Source: an uncultured bacterium (GTDB lineage Bacteria; Patescibacteriota; Minisyncoccia; UBA6257; 2-01-FULL-56-20). Taken from it: 64,000 bases of DNA. The position numbers were made by a program, and so were the translations under genes. The notes below the pieces were generated by a model, which saw only the letters and a program-made list of their open reading frames with translations, was not told where the DNA came from and did not search any database. The stretch lies in the NCBI GenBank assembly GCA_963696395.1, contig CAVOJZ010000002.1, positions 6,433 through 70,432 of the forward strand, given 5' to 3'. Shown here piece after piece: positions 19,808 through 28,917 of this stretch (its first letter is position 1; every line of letters begins with the position of its first letter).

Positions 19808-21232
19808 CTACTTCAGTTCCTCCCACGAAAGTTCCGTATATCCGTTTGTGGTCAGCGGAAAGCTCGGCGGCGGGCTATATAAGAGGTTTGCGTCGTAATT
19901 ATAGGTACGCGTCCCGAAACCGCTTGAATTTCCGTTCACCACATAAGCGAACGCGGATCGAAGATTGGTCGCCATAATGCCGAGCGTTGTAAGCGAGTTT
20001 CTGGTGGAGCTGGCTCCGCAGTTGTTGTTGTAGTAGAATCTTCCGATCCAGCCGTTCTGCGCGATGAGTGCCGCGTCAATCACCAAATTGTTGTCGCTCG
20101 CAAGACCGACGTTGATATTGTTTTGGGAAATAAGAGCGATTGTATCGGATCCGTTAAAACTTCCGTACGTGATGCTGTTATTCACGGTGATGTTTGAGTA
20201 CGTCGTCGGGTTCACCGGAAAACGACCGGAGGCAATCGTCACGCGGACGCCATTTACATGCCCTCGAACCCACAGGTTGTCTTCGAAGAACATGTCGCCA
20301 TTTTGTGGGATTGTCCCTGTTGCGTATAGCGACTCATTCTGAATGGTCCATGTCCCCCACCCGGATTGGCTTAAATCGTTCGTACAATTACGCGACGGCG
20401 TGGTTGTTGCCGTCACTTTATAGAGAGTGAATGTCGTCGTTGAAAGCGCCAGATCGTAGCCAAGTGCGCCGGAGCTTGAGGCATAGTATCCCGTAGCCTG
20501 CGCCGATGCCTTTATGGTTGCGAGGTCCTGGGTTATCCCGGCAAAATCAACCGCCGGCACACCGAGCGTGCGACCAGCAGTAAAAACGTCAGGACGCGAC
20601 GGTAGCGCGGTCGGCGGCTGAGGATCGGCGGGCGCATCCTGCGTATATACAGCCCACTCATTGAGGCCGGTGTCAGGGTCTGTATAGGTTGTAAGCGCAC
20701 TTTCAACCAGGTTGTGCGCGACGCCATCGAAATGGATACCGCTATTCGAATAAATGACCCCGTAAACCTGGGCGGTCGTCCCGAATGCAACCGGACTATT
20801 CAAAACCCATGCGTATTGCGCAAACGAAGGAACGCCAAGACGTACTGTCACTATTTTTTGAATTGTTGGGTCGGCAGTCACACCTCCGGTGCTTGTAATG
20901 GTCACGATCGTTGAACCTGTCGGCGGCGCCGTAATATTCAAAGAAAACTGCCCGATCGCTACCCCATTCTTGTTGTAATAGGTGTGCACATATGGACCCG
21001 GCCCGCCGGTTCCATCCGTAAAATCCTGAGAAGCATAGGCGAGGTGCCATTTATAGTATTCGATTCCGGCTTCGGCGATAGCAAAAGCCTGAGCTTCGTT
21101 TTGCGATCGAACCGAAAGATTCAGGAACGAAGCGGCAAGCGAAACAAACCCACCAACAAGCGTGATCACGATGGCCGCCAAAAAAAGCAGTTCCACCGCG
21201 AGTTGTCCTGTTTTATTTTTATAGAGAGCCAT
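19808..21232 (-). CDS. PilX-like minor pilin / pilus tip protein
   Basis: G|QLAVELL, QAFAIAEAGIEY, C-terminal YDANLLYSPPPSFP...W.E. Confidence 0.75.
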   Translation of the reverse strand: MALYKNKTGQLAVELLFLAAIVITLVGGFVSLAASFLNLSVRSQNEAQAFAIAEAGIEYYKWHLAYASQDFTDGTGGPGPYVHTYYNKNGVAIGQFSLNITAPPTGSTIVTITSTGGVTADPTIQKIVTVRLGVPSFAQYAWVLNSPVAFGTTAQVYGVIYSNSGIHFDGVAHNLVESALTTYTDPDTGLNEWAVYTQDAPADPQPPTALPSRPDVFTAGRTLGVPAVDFAGITQDLATIKASAQATGYYASSSGALGYDLALSTTTFTLYKVTATTTPSRNCTNDLSQSGWGTWTIQNESLYATGTIPQNGDMFFEDNLWVRGHVNGVRVTIASGRFPVNPTTYSNITVNNSITYGSFNGSDTIALISQNNINVGLASDNNLVIDAALIAQNGWIGRFYYNNNCGASSTRNSLTTLGIMATNLRSAFAYVVNGNSSGFGTRTYNYDANLLYSPPPSFPLTTNGYTELSWEELK

Positions 21233-21235
21233 AGT

Positions 21236-21841
21236 TTAATTGCTGTCCAAATTTCTTAAATCAACCAGCGAAGAAAAATATTCGAGTGGCGAACGCTTAA
21301 TCGTGGATGTTTGGTTTGATTGCACTTCGAACGAAATGGCAGCTAATCTGATACTCGCAATCGAAATCGGATATTGCAAAGGAGCTTGCGAACCGGTATA
21401 CGAGCTGTCGTAATAGGAAAAAAGAGGCGTTGCGGAAGAAATAATGACGTTATCAATAAAATCGGTCACCACCTCGCTTGAGGTCGGATAGAGAACCGGC
21501 GTACCCGTCGGCACGATCACTCCTTTATATATCGTTGACGACGAATAAAAATATCTGACGTGCTCCGCGCTACCATTCTTATAGATGTCGCTATAAAAGG
21601 AAAAGGTTGTGGTGCCGACGGTGTCGATCGGATACGCGCCATTCCCGGACGTTTCAGCGGATTGGATCTCTTCTGTCATAATTTGGAGCGACTGGTTAAC
21701 ATCCGATTTCGCCTGTAGCTCCGATGTAACAAGGATGTTAAGTCCGGCAACGTTGTTTCCAAAATTGCTCACAACAATGACGACCGCAGCGGCGATGGCG
21801 ACGACGATTAAGATTTCGACGAGAGAAAATCCTTTGTTCAT
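21236..21841 (-). CDS. Minor pilin (PilW/GspJ-like)
   Basis: Prepilin motif KG|FSLVE; ends with LRN. Confidence 0.85.
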   Translation of the reverse strand: MNKGFSLVEILIVVAIAAAVVIVVSNFGNNVAGLNILVTSELQAKSDVNQSLQIMTEEIQSAETSGNGAYPIDTVGTTTFSFYSDIYKNGSAEHVRYFYSSSTIYKGVIVPTGTPVLYPTSSEVVTDFIDNVIISSATPLFSYYDSSYTGSQAPLQYPISIASIRLAAISFEVQSNQTSTIKRSPLEYFSSLVDLRNLDSN

Positions 21842-23574
21842 TGGTGGATCATGGAAATAGTTGTCGACTGAGTTCCCGCGCCAACAGAAACCGTCCCGGT
21901 TGCATCGTAATAATTTGCCGCCGATGCATCGAACGAATAGGTGCCCTGCGGCAGGCTCGTAAAAAGAACCTGAGCGGGTGGAACGCAGTTTGCCGTAAAG
22001 TCGAATGCGACATTCGTGAGCTGTGGCGTAACCGACGGATCCTGTGTATTCATGAAGACCTCGTAGCGAAAATAGCGATCACCCGATAGCGAAGCCGGAA
22101 GCGTTGTGCTGGCCGTAAAATAAGTTCCCGACGTGCCGTCCGGGCCGATAAAATTCCAGGTGACATTATCGTTATTCGCCGCTACCTGAAATTCCAATGT
22201 CGTGTTTGATGGTTGAACCATCGGACTCCACGTGATGGCATTAAATGTTGAACTCGTTCCTCCAACGTCAAAGGTTTTTGAAACGAGCCAATCGGTTGTT
22301 GATGTCGAATAGCTGGAAGAGGCGTTTGCAAGAAGTTCGATAACTCCCGCCTGCGAAACATCTATGCCACCGTCTTGAGTCGCATATTGCCCCCCGGACC
22401 AGTCCGATTGTGAAAATACGGCATGATCAGTCGTGAGCGTCTGATTTACGCCCGCTTTTGAAATCGCCACGTTTGCGTTCTCTATTCCGGCACCCGATGC
22501 CGAATCAATTACCGTTGCAAGAAGCGATGGATTGGCTGCGGGCTGGATAATAAATTCGAATGCCGCCGTCGAACTTGGATTTATGGTGAGCGGACTGAAC
22601 GGAACGGTTCCGGCCAGATTTTCCGATGCATCGTTCAGCGACAGCGAATAGGTGTCCCATTCAATCGAGGAAAATGTGACGGTGCCACTCGCATTGGTAG
22701 CCGAACTCGTGGCAAATTTATAAACATTCGGGCTTGTGCCGATCAATTTTGATCCCTGCATAAAAAACGGTTCGCTTCCAACGGGTACGCACCGGTTATT
22801 GACGGTCGTAACTGCGAGAGAGCTCACGCGATCGATAGAAAATGTCACATTGCTCACGGTTTGTGATGCAACGGTGATATTCGGGAGCGTAGGATTTGGA
22901 TTGCCCGCTGCGCCCACCGGATACGTCTGTTCGTTGGAATAACCGGATTTCGAAGCGAAAATCTGATATCCCTGCGAACTGGTCGGTACGCCGATCAATT
23001 TAAGCACGCCGCTTGCATTGGTAGTGTCGGTAAGATCAACCGTCGGAGTGACCGAAGCGTTCACGATCCGTATCGTGGCGTTTTCAAGCGGAATGCCATT
23101 CGCATCAATGGCGTAAATGAAAATTGAGCCGTATACGGTCCCCTGCGCGAGCAACGACGGCGCAACGGTCGTTGTGACTTCGACCGGAACAAAATTAGTG
23201 CAAAGCGGACACGACGCTGTAATATCAACCAGTTTGTAATCTGCAACGGGCGTGCTTGAAGGCGACTGGTCATAGGGATCGTCAATATTGAGGACAGTCG
23301 TTTGCAGAATGAAAGAAAAATTGCCGTCGGCAACCGTCTGAGTCTGTGGAATTATTCCCGAAGGGATGCCGTTCACGGTTCCCACGCTCGCATAAGGCAG
23401 ATTCCGGATTGTTTCAATCTCGTTGTTGATCGCAACGGTTGCAGCCGCACGGACGCTGATATTGCCGACCGCCGTTTCAATCGAAAAGAAAACGAGATAT
23501 ACGCCGCCAAACAAGAGAGCGATGATTGCCATGCTCATGACGAGGTCTATAAGGGTGGTGCCATTTCGCGACAT
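21838..23574 (-). CDS. Minor pilin (PilV-like) with appended carboxypeptidase-regulatory-like beta domains
   Basis: NG|TTLIDL, IETIRNLPY, repeated DANGIPLENAT...TNASG...SKSGY modules. Confidence 0.75.
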   Translation of the reverse strand: MSRNGTTLIDLVMSMAIIALLFGGVYLVFFSIETAVGNISVRAAATVAINNEIETIRNLPYASVGTVNGIPSGIIPQTQTVADGNFSFILQTTVLNIDDPYDQSPSSTPVADYKLVDITASCPLCTNFVPVEVTTTVAPSLLAQGTVYGSIFIYAIDANGIPLENATIRIVNASVTPTVDLTDTTNASGVLKLIGVPTSSQGYQIFASKSGYSNEQTYPVGAAGNPNPTLPNITVASQTVSNVTFSIDRVSSLAVTTVNNRCVPVGSEPFFMQGSKLIGTSPNVYKFATSSATNASGTVTFSSIEWDTYSLSLNDASENLAGTVPFSPLTINPSSTAAFEFIIQPAANPSLLATVIDSASGAGIENANVAISKAGVNQTLTTDHAVFSQSDWSGGQYATQDGGIDVSQAGVIELLANASSSYSTSTTDWLVSKTFDVGGTSSTFNAITWSPMVQPSNTTLEFQVAANNDNVTWNFIGPDGTSGTYFTASTTLPASLSGDRYFRYEVFMNTQDPSVTPQLTNVAFDFTANCVPPAQVLFTSLPQGTYSFDASAANYYDATGTVSVGAGTQSTTISMIHQ

Positions 23575-24723
23575 TTATTTGATCCCCTGTGAAATCGAAT
23601 AAATCGGTGTGATGATTGAAAGGGCGACAAAGCCGACCAGGAGACCCATCAGCAATAACATCAACGGTTCGATAAGCGACGTAAGCGAATGAAGTTTGTT
23701 ATCCACCTCTTCGTCGTAATACGTCGAAAGGTATTCCAGGTTTTCCTCAAGATTGCCGGTTGTTTCACCAATCAACACCATGCCCGAAACAAGCGGCGGG
23801 AAAAGCTTCTTGTGAGTGCCGATATACGATCCGATCTGTGCTCCGGTTCTGACTTGTTCCCCTGCGGCAAGAATAATTTTTTTATAAACCAGATTGTTGA
23901 AAGTCGCCGCGGTGATATCCAGCGCTTCAACAATTTTCACGCCGCTTTTCAAAAGCAATCCGAAAACCCGTGTAAAATTCACCATGTTTACGCCTATTGA
24001 AAGATCGGAAACTACGGGCACGATCAAAATCAATCGGTCGAGCATGTATCGCACAAATTGCACTCGTGAGGTCACAATTCTCACGGCAATAACGAAAATA
24101 ATGAGGCCGATAAAAACCTGGATCCCGTAACTCTGCAAAAAGTGGAGGGAGTTAAGCATGATGACGGTCGTGAGCGGCAAACTCACATTCATGCTCGCGA
24201 ATACCGGGATAAGCTTTGGAAAAACGTAGAAGGTTAAAAATCCGGCGACGCCGATTGTCATGCATAAGATGACAAGTGGATAAACCATCGCCGATCGTAC
24301 TTTGGTTTCAAGCTGTTTCGAGCGATCCAGCTCTCCGGCAAGGTATAGCAAGTTTTTCGCAAGCGTTCCGCTCGCCTCCCCTACCCGCACGATGTTTACA
24401 AAAAAATCGCCGAAAAGAAATTGATACTTTTGGAGTCCGTCGGCTAAAAATTTGCCGTTATTGACGTCGGCAATCAAACTGTCCAGGACCCTTTTCAGAA
24501 CCTTCGACTCAGTCTGTGATTGGATAATTTTTAATCCTTCATAGATCGGGAGGCCCGCCTTAATGACAAGCGACAAGTGGCGGGCAAAATTGATGCGATC
24601 CTGCACGGTAATGCGGTCGAACCAGTGCGAAAGCGTGCCCGGCTTCCCGATTTTCTTTATCGGCTTCGGCGGCGGTTCGGGCTTGGGTATCACTGCAATT
24701 TTTGAAACTTCGGGTTGTTCCAT
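23575..24723 (-). CDS. pilC: Type IV pilus platform protein (T2SS-F family)
   Basis: FARHLSLVIKAG, GEASG, SAMVYP, GETTG, LIEP. Confidence 0.92.
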   Translation of the reverse strand: MEQPEVSKIAVIPKPEPPPKPIKKIGKPGTLSHWFDRITVQDRINFARHLSLVIKAGLPIYEGLKIIQSQTESKVLKRVLDSLIADVNNGKFLADGLQKYQFLFGDFFVNIVRVGEASGTLAKNLLYLAGELDRSKQLETKVRSAMVYPLVILCMTIGVAGFLTFYVFPKLIPVFASMNVSLPLTTVIMLNSLHFLQSYGIQVFIGLIIFVIAVRIVTSRVQFVRYMLDRLILIVPVVSDLSIGVNMVNFTRVFGLLLKSGVKIVEALDITAATFNNLVYKKIILAAGEQVRTGAQIGSYIGTHKKLFPPLVSGMVLIGETTGNLEENLEYLSTYYDEEVDNKLHSLTSLIEPLMLLLMGLLVGFVALSIITPIYSISQGIK

Positions 24724-24730
24724 GATGGTT

Positions 24731-25960
24731 CTATTCGTGGACGACACGGAGGATTTCTTCAATTGAGGTGAGTCCGAGCGATGCTTTACGCAGCGAGTCC
24801 TCGATCATCGTCGTCATTCCCTCCTTCAACGCCGCTTCTTTAATCTCCTGCGCCGTTGCCCGATTCATAATCAACTGGCGGATACTGTCGGTCACCTCAA
24901 GAACTTCGCGCACGCCGAGACGACCCTGGAACCCGCTGCCGTTGCACTCCGCACATCCCTGCGCCCTGTAAAACTTCATTTCGGGACGCAGCGTGGGAAT
25001 AAGCTCCATCAGACTTTTGAATTCGTCGAGTGAAAGCTTCCGGTCGGCTTTGCACTTTTGGCAAAGCTTTCGAACCAGTCGTTGCCCGATCGCAACATTC
25101 ACGGTTGACGCGACGAGGAATGACGGCACGCCCATATCGAGCAACCGCGGGAACGTTGTCGCCGAATCGTTCGTGTGGAGCGTGGAGAGCACCAGGTGGC
25201 CGGTTAAAGCTGCGTTCACGGCGATGCCAGCCGTTTCTTCGTCGCGGATTTCGCCGACCATCACAATATTAGGATCTTGGCGCAGGATGGAACGCAGTCC
25301 GTTTGCAAAAGTAAATCCGATTTCCGCATTCGTTTGAATCTGGGTAATGCCATCGAGCGAATACTCAATCGGATCTTCGATGGTGATGATCGAAACTTCC
25401 GAACTGTTTAATTGCTTGAGTAACGTATAGAGCGTTGTGGTTTTACCGGAACCCGTGGGACCATTCGCCAGGATCATGCCATACGGCTTCCCGACAGCGC
25501 CGACAACTTTCTTAAGGTCTGCCGGACTGAATCCTAAATCTTTCAACTCATAATTTTGCGTTCCGGCCAATACACGTAGAATGGCATTCTCTCCATAGTA
25601 GGTCGGGATGATCGAAACACGGACGTCAACGTCTCCGAAATCTTTTATTTCGATGCGAAGCCGTCCGTCCTGCGGCAACAAGTGTTCATCGGTGCGGATT
25701 CCCGAAAGCACTTTGATGCGACTGATGATCTCCGGATGTAATTTGATATCAATCTTCTTCGGGAAGACATCGTACAAAAGGCCGTCGATGCGGTACCGAA
25801 CCCGTAATGCGTCTTTGGTTGGTTCGATGTGAATGTCGGATGCGTTCGCAATGTAAGCGTACTCAACGAACAAATCGACGAGGTTAATGATGGAAATACT
25901 CTCAAGCGGTTCCTCGAGTAATTTCTCAATAATAGGAGCAAGCGATTTGATATCGCGCAT
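24731..25960 (-). CDS. pilB: Type IV pilus assembly ATPase (GspE/PilB), short N-terminus
   Basis: ASDIHIEP, GPTGSGKTT, TIEDPIEY, LRQDP, GEIRD, GHLVLSTLHTN, and two CxxC pairs. Confidence 0.92.
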   Translation of the reverse strand: MRDIKSLAPIIEKLLEEPLESISIINLVDLFVEYAYIANASDIHIEPTKDALRVRYRIDGLLYDVFPKKIDIKLHPEIISRIKVLSGIRTDEHLLPQDGRLRIEIKDFGDVDVRVSIIPTYYGENAILRVLAGTQNYELKDLGFSPADLKKVVGAVGKPYGMILANGPTGSGKTTTLYTLLKQLNSSEVSIITIEDPIEYSLDGITQIQTNAEIGFTFANGLRSILRQDPNIVMVGEIRDEETAGIAVNAALTGHLVLSTLHTNDSATTFPRLLDMGVPSFLVASTVNVAIGQRLVRKLCQKCKADRKLSLDEFKSLMELIPTLRPEMKFYRAQGCAECNGSGFQGRLGVREVLEVTDSIRQLIMNRATAQEIKEAALKEGMTTMIEDSLRKASLGLTSIEEILRVVHE

Positions 25961-26005
25961 GATTTCATTGTATCATAAGACCGCGCGCGTTCTTCCGTAT
26001 TATTT

Positions 26006-26076
26006 TGCCGGGTCGTCTAATGGTAGGACAACGGACTCTGAATCCGTTTATCTTGGTTCGAATCCAGGCCCGGCAG
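26006..26076 (+). tRNA. tRNA-Gln (CTG), CCA not encoded
   Basis: TGCCGGG/CCCGGCA acceptor stem, anticodon loop CTCTGAA, GGTTCGAATCC. Confidence 0.95.
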
Positions 26077-26503
26077 CAGCAATCTGACTCAAGTCTTTTT
26101 CAGAAAAATTCAGCCGCGCTTCGCGGAGCGAAGCGTATGGTGGGGTGGGGGTAAATTCGATACGGCGGTTTTTGAGAAAGATGTTCGAGCCGAAAATTTG
26201 TTGAAGGGAGGTCTTTTTTGCAATTAGGTCGGTATTGGTTGCCGTTTCGGTAAGCAATACCGCGTTTTTTATCCATTCTCGCGTTGGTTCGAGCCAACTT
26301 CCGGCGTTCTGTTCAAGACGGGCTATTTGCTCCTCGACCGACTTCCTTTCGGAGAGTATCTTGGCACGTTTTTTAAGGTAACTTTCCCGCTCAATATCTT
26401 GCGCAAGATACGTATCGAGCAGTCGGTCGAACTTGCGGGAGAGGTCTTGCGCCTTTCCCCGCAACTCTTGAACGAACGCCGCCGTTTTTCTGGACTCGTC
26501 CAG
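26048..26503 (-). pseudogene. C-terminal remnant of a large serine recombinase running into the tRNA 3' end
   Basis: Coiled coil FVQELRGKAQDLSRKFDRLLDTYL...SERKSVEEQIARLEQ...WLEPTREWIK...KIFGSN-like (QIFGSNIFL). No catalytic N-terminus. The family call is from recalled resemblance to CPR recombinases. Confidence 0.65.
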
Positions 26504-26650
26504 GACTGGAATCGAACGAGCGGAAGGGGTCGGGGAACCGCGATCGGTTCCCCGTGTAGGAGGGCCGCGTTCTTACGCGACGGTTCGGAACCGAGGGTTC
26601 CGAAAGCGCAGACGCGAAGCGGCGAGCAGTGAGATTCCAGGCCCGGCAGC
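26063..26650 (+). mobile_element. Degenerate tRNA-integrated element bounded by a 15-bp direct repeat
   Basis: TCCAGGCCCGGCAGC occurs at 26063-26077 (tRNA 3' end) and again at 26636-26650. Confidence 0.65.
26501..26650 (+). repeat. Multi-hairpin element of about 150 nt with tRNA-like ends
   Basis: Outer stem CTGGAATC/GATTCCAG; inner perfect stems CGGGGAACCG/CGGTTCCCCG, CGCGT/ACGCG and TTCGGAACC/GGTTCCGAA. Confidence 0.7.
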
Positions 26651-26679
26651 TAGACAAAATAGCATTATTATGCTATTTT
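26651..26679 (+). promoter_or_regulatory. Promoter with a 10-bp inverted-repeat operator candidate
   Basis: TAGACA-N17-TATTTT; AAAATAGCAT-tatt-ATGCTATTTT at 26656-26679. Confidence 0.5.
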
Positions 26680-26713
26680 AATTTCGGTTCATTGCAAACA
26701 AAGAATTGGAGGT

Positions 26714-27064
26714 GTGATGCACGAAATAATTGAAAATGCGACCGTGATGCTTCCCATTCGAGATATCCGCTTTGTAAATGGCGGACCATATCTCACACAA
26801 GAGACGCTCTTGGAACAACTCATTGAACTTGGCTTCCGTTTCGAGGGGGCAATAGATGAAGACGGACGTCAGTCAGCAACGCTACCGAAAGATTGGCTGT
26901 TCGATGGGGACCGGGAATCGACGCACTGGCACATCCACGACGATCGCGGCCGTCATCGAATGACGTACATCAAGAAAATTCCTTGGGGAAATCACGACTT
27001 TGTTCATTTCCTCATGATCGAACCAGCAATCCCCAACGCGAAAAGCATTTCCGACGGGTGGTAA
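26714..27064 (+). CDS. Hypothetical protein (island)
   Basis: GGAGG ribosome-binding site; LPKDW...HWHIHDDRGRHR motif. Confidence 0.7.
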   Translation: MMHEIIENATVMLPIRDIRFVNGGPYLTQETLLEQLIELGFRFEGAIDEDGRQSATLPKDWLFDGDRESTHWHIHDDRGRHRMTYIKKIPWGNHDFVHFLMIEPAIPNAKSISDGW

Positions 27065-27152
27065 CCAACCGAAAGGCGCACGCCTAGCTCACACTAGAAA
27101 CGGCGCCTATTTCTTTATTTAAAATCGTTCGAACATCGTCCGTTCCGACAGC

Positions 27153-27181
27153 TTGACAGAATATTAATATAATGTTATCAT
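27153..27181 (+). promoter_or_regulatory. Consensus sigma70 promoter
   Basis: TTGACA-N17-TATCAT with an extended TG. Confidence 0.7.
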
Positions 27182-27200
27182 CTCCTCAGCGAAGTGAAGC

Positions 27201-27479
27201 ATGCAAATGATCTTAAAGAGGGATTGGGACGCTATTGACGCAACCGATCCGAAGAACAACACCTACACCACGATTCCTGCTGGAACACACGACGTGGAGA
27301 GAATTCCTTGCCCAACCGGACATGACTGCAATTGGCTCGTACTCAAGGGAACGAAAATCGGAGCAAGCGAAGGATCGTGGCGCCAATGGGCACCCGGTCA
27401 AATCGTTGATGATTCAGATCGCCCAAATTTCGGAAAAGTGATCGACTGGGAAGAAGCCACCGTTGTCATCGTCGATTAA
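27201..27479 (+). CDS. Hypothetical protein (island)
   Basis: 92-aa ORF lying between a promoter and a terminator. Confidence 0.7.
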   Translation: MQMILKRDWDAIDATDPKNNTYTTIPAGTHDVERIPCPTGHDCNWLVLKGTKIGASEGSWRQWAPGQIVDDSDRPNFGKVIDWEEATVVIVD

Positions 27480-27482
27480 TTA

Positions 27483-27524
27483 ACCCGCCAAATGGAAACC
27501 CATTGCTTGGCGGGTTTCTATTTT
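27483..27524 (+). terminator. Intrinsic terminator
   Basis: ACCCGCCAA...TTGGCGGGT followed by a T tract. Confidence 0.7.
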
Positions 27525-27601
27525 ACGCAAAACTTATTTTCTCCATCTCCAACCCCACCTTCATCCAATCCACGGTTCTAAACGTGACCAGTAGGGGCAG
27601 C

Positions 27602-27630
27602 TTGACAGATAGCAATTTTGGATGTAAAAT
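27602..27630 (+). promoter_or_regulatory. Consensus sigma70 promoter
   Basis: TTGACA-N17-TAAAAT. Confidence 0.7.
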
Positions 27631-27648
27631 ATGCTTAGGAGATTTATC

Positions 27649-27873
27649 ATGCCAAGGAAAATACATTCGGTGGTTTTAGGCGTGGGAGCTATTACGGCTT
27701 TTTCTCTCGCTTTTCTTATGGTGAGAGATATGCGCTCCCAAGCTGGCGTCGGCCTCTTTGAGCCAACCCCCTATGACTCAACGGAAATCACGATAGCTCG
27801 GATCGGATTGGGGTTGATAGTTTTCAGCGTTATCATCTGGCCGTGGCATCGCAAAACAAAAAACAGTCTCTGA
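27649..27873 (+). CDS. Small membrane protein with two TM segments (island)
   Basis: AGGAG before the ATG at 27649; two hydrophobic segments. Confidence 0.65.
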   Translation: MPRKIHSVVLGVGAITAFSLAFLMVRDMRSQAGVGLFEPTPYDSTEITIARIGLGLIVFSVIIWPWHRKTKNSL

Positions 27874-27912
27874 CTCAGGTGCCCTATCTGGCACTTCCCT
27901 AGCGGAGGGGTT

Positions 27913-28179
27913 ATGTTCACGCATAAGAAATTGAAAAAGTTAGAAAAACGTGTGAAAAAGCTGCTCGCCGCCATCGGGCGATTCGTTAACCCAAATGATG
28001 CGATTCGGATCGACCGTCCCCTATCCCACGGAGAAACATTCAAAGTTTATCTGTGCCTGAGTTCAAACGAACCCTTCGTCTTAGGCCGCGCAAGGACATA
28101 GGTAGCAGCGCTCATCGATGCAATCACAAACGTCCGCACTCGCAAGCGAGATTCAATACCATTCGATAAGATTTACTAA
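27913..28179 (+). pseudogene. Small basic protein with a possible premature TAG at 28099-28101
   Basis: GGAGG ribosome-binding site. The frame stays open for 25 more codons to TAA at 28177-28179, which is followed by a weak terminator-like hairpin. Confidence 0.4.
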
Positions 28180-28306
28180 GCCCCGTTGTTTATTGTGGCT
28201 TTTGTTTTATTCAAAACAGTTCGAACATCCCCCAATCCGACCGTTTACTTTTCGGCTCAAATACGCTATAAGAAAACCAGAACTTCACACGAGGTGCTCA
28301 ACGAAT

Positions 28307-28876
28307 ATCAAACTGCTCCTGCCGAAAGCGGCCGTTTTCATCGAGCCGCACGATAGAGTTTTCTTTATCGGCGGTCCTGTACTTGGCGGGGGTGACTGGC
28401 AATGCGAAGCCATCCGCCACATTGCGATGCATGCTCCAGGGTCGTATGTAGTTTGCCCCTGTCGCTACGAATCCGACCATCCGCTTTACCGTTTTTCCAT
28501 CCAAGGCGCGGACGAAGCTTGCTGGATATCAAAAGGATTTAAGCCATTCCTCAGCCAAACGCTCTGGGAACGGTTTTATCTTGACGTGGCGAACGAACAA
28601 GGATCGATCATCTTTTGGTTAGGAAAGGAAAGCACGATACATCCCCGGCCGCCGAAGACCGAACCGTACGCGAGGGACACTTATGGCGAGATCGGCGAGT
28701 GGCGGGCGCGGATGTTTTACGACAACGCGCGCGTGGTTGTCGGAGCAAGCCCAGAATTTCCGGGGCTGTCGGTGATCAAAAAGAATTTCGATGCGATGCC
28801 CGGGCCTTCATTCCCTATTCACGAAACTCTCCTTGATACCGTCAAAGCAGCCGTGGCCGTCGCGAACAAGAGATAG
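28307..28876 (+). CDS. Nucleoside 2-deoxyribosyltransferase-like protein
   Basis: FFIGGPVLGGGDWQ, QTLWER, IIFWL, TYGEIGEW. Start is uncertain; an ATC after GAGGTG is the best candidate. Confidence 0.65.
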   Translation: MKLLLPKAAVFIEPHDRVFFIGGPVLGGGDWQCEAIRHIAMHAPGSYVVCPCRYESDHPLYRFSIQGADEACWISKGFKPFLSQTLWERFYLDVANEQGSIIFWLGKESTIHPRPPKTEPYARDTYGEIGEWRARMFYDNARVVVGASPEFPGLSVIKKNFDAMPGPSFPIHETLLDTVKAAVAVANKR

Positions 28877-28890
28877 TTACCAAGTATTAC

Positions 28891-28917
28891 GCCGATCCAA
28901 GAGGATCGGCTTTTTAT
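28891..28917 (+). terminator. Intrinsic terminator
   Basis: GCCGATCC-aaga-GGATCGGC-TTTTT. Confidence 0.75.

Noticed and set aside
28099-28101. Stop-codon reassignment
   Set aside because: TAG, TGA and TAA all end conserved genes normally elsewhere in the window.
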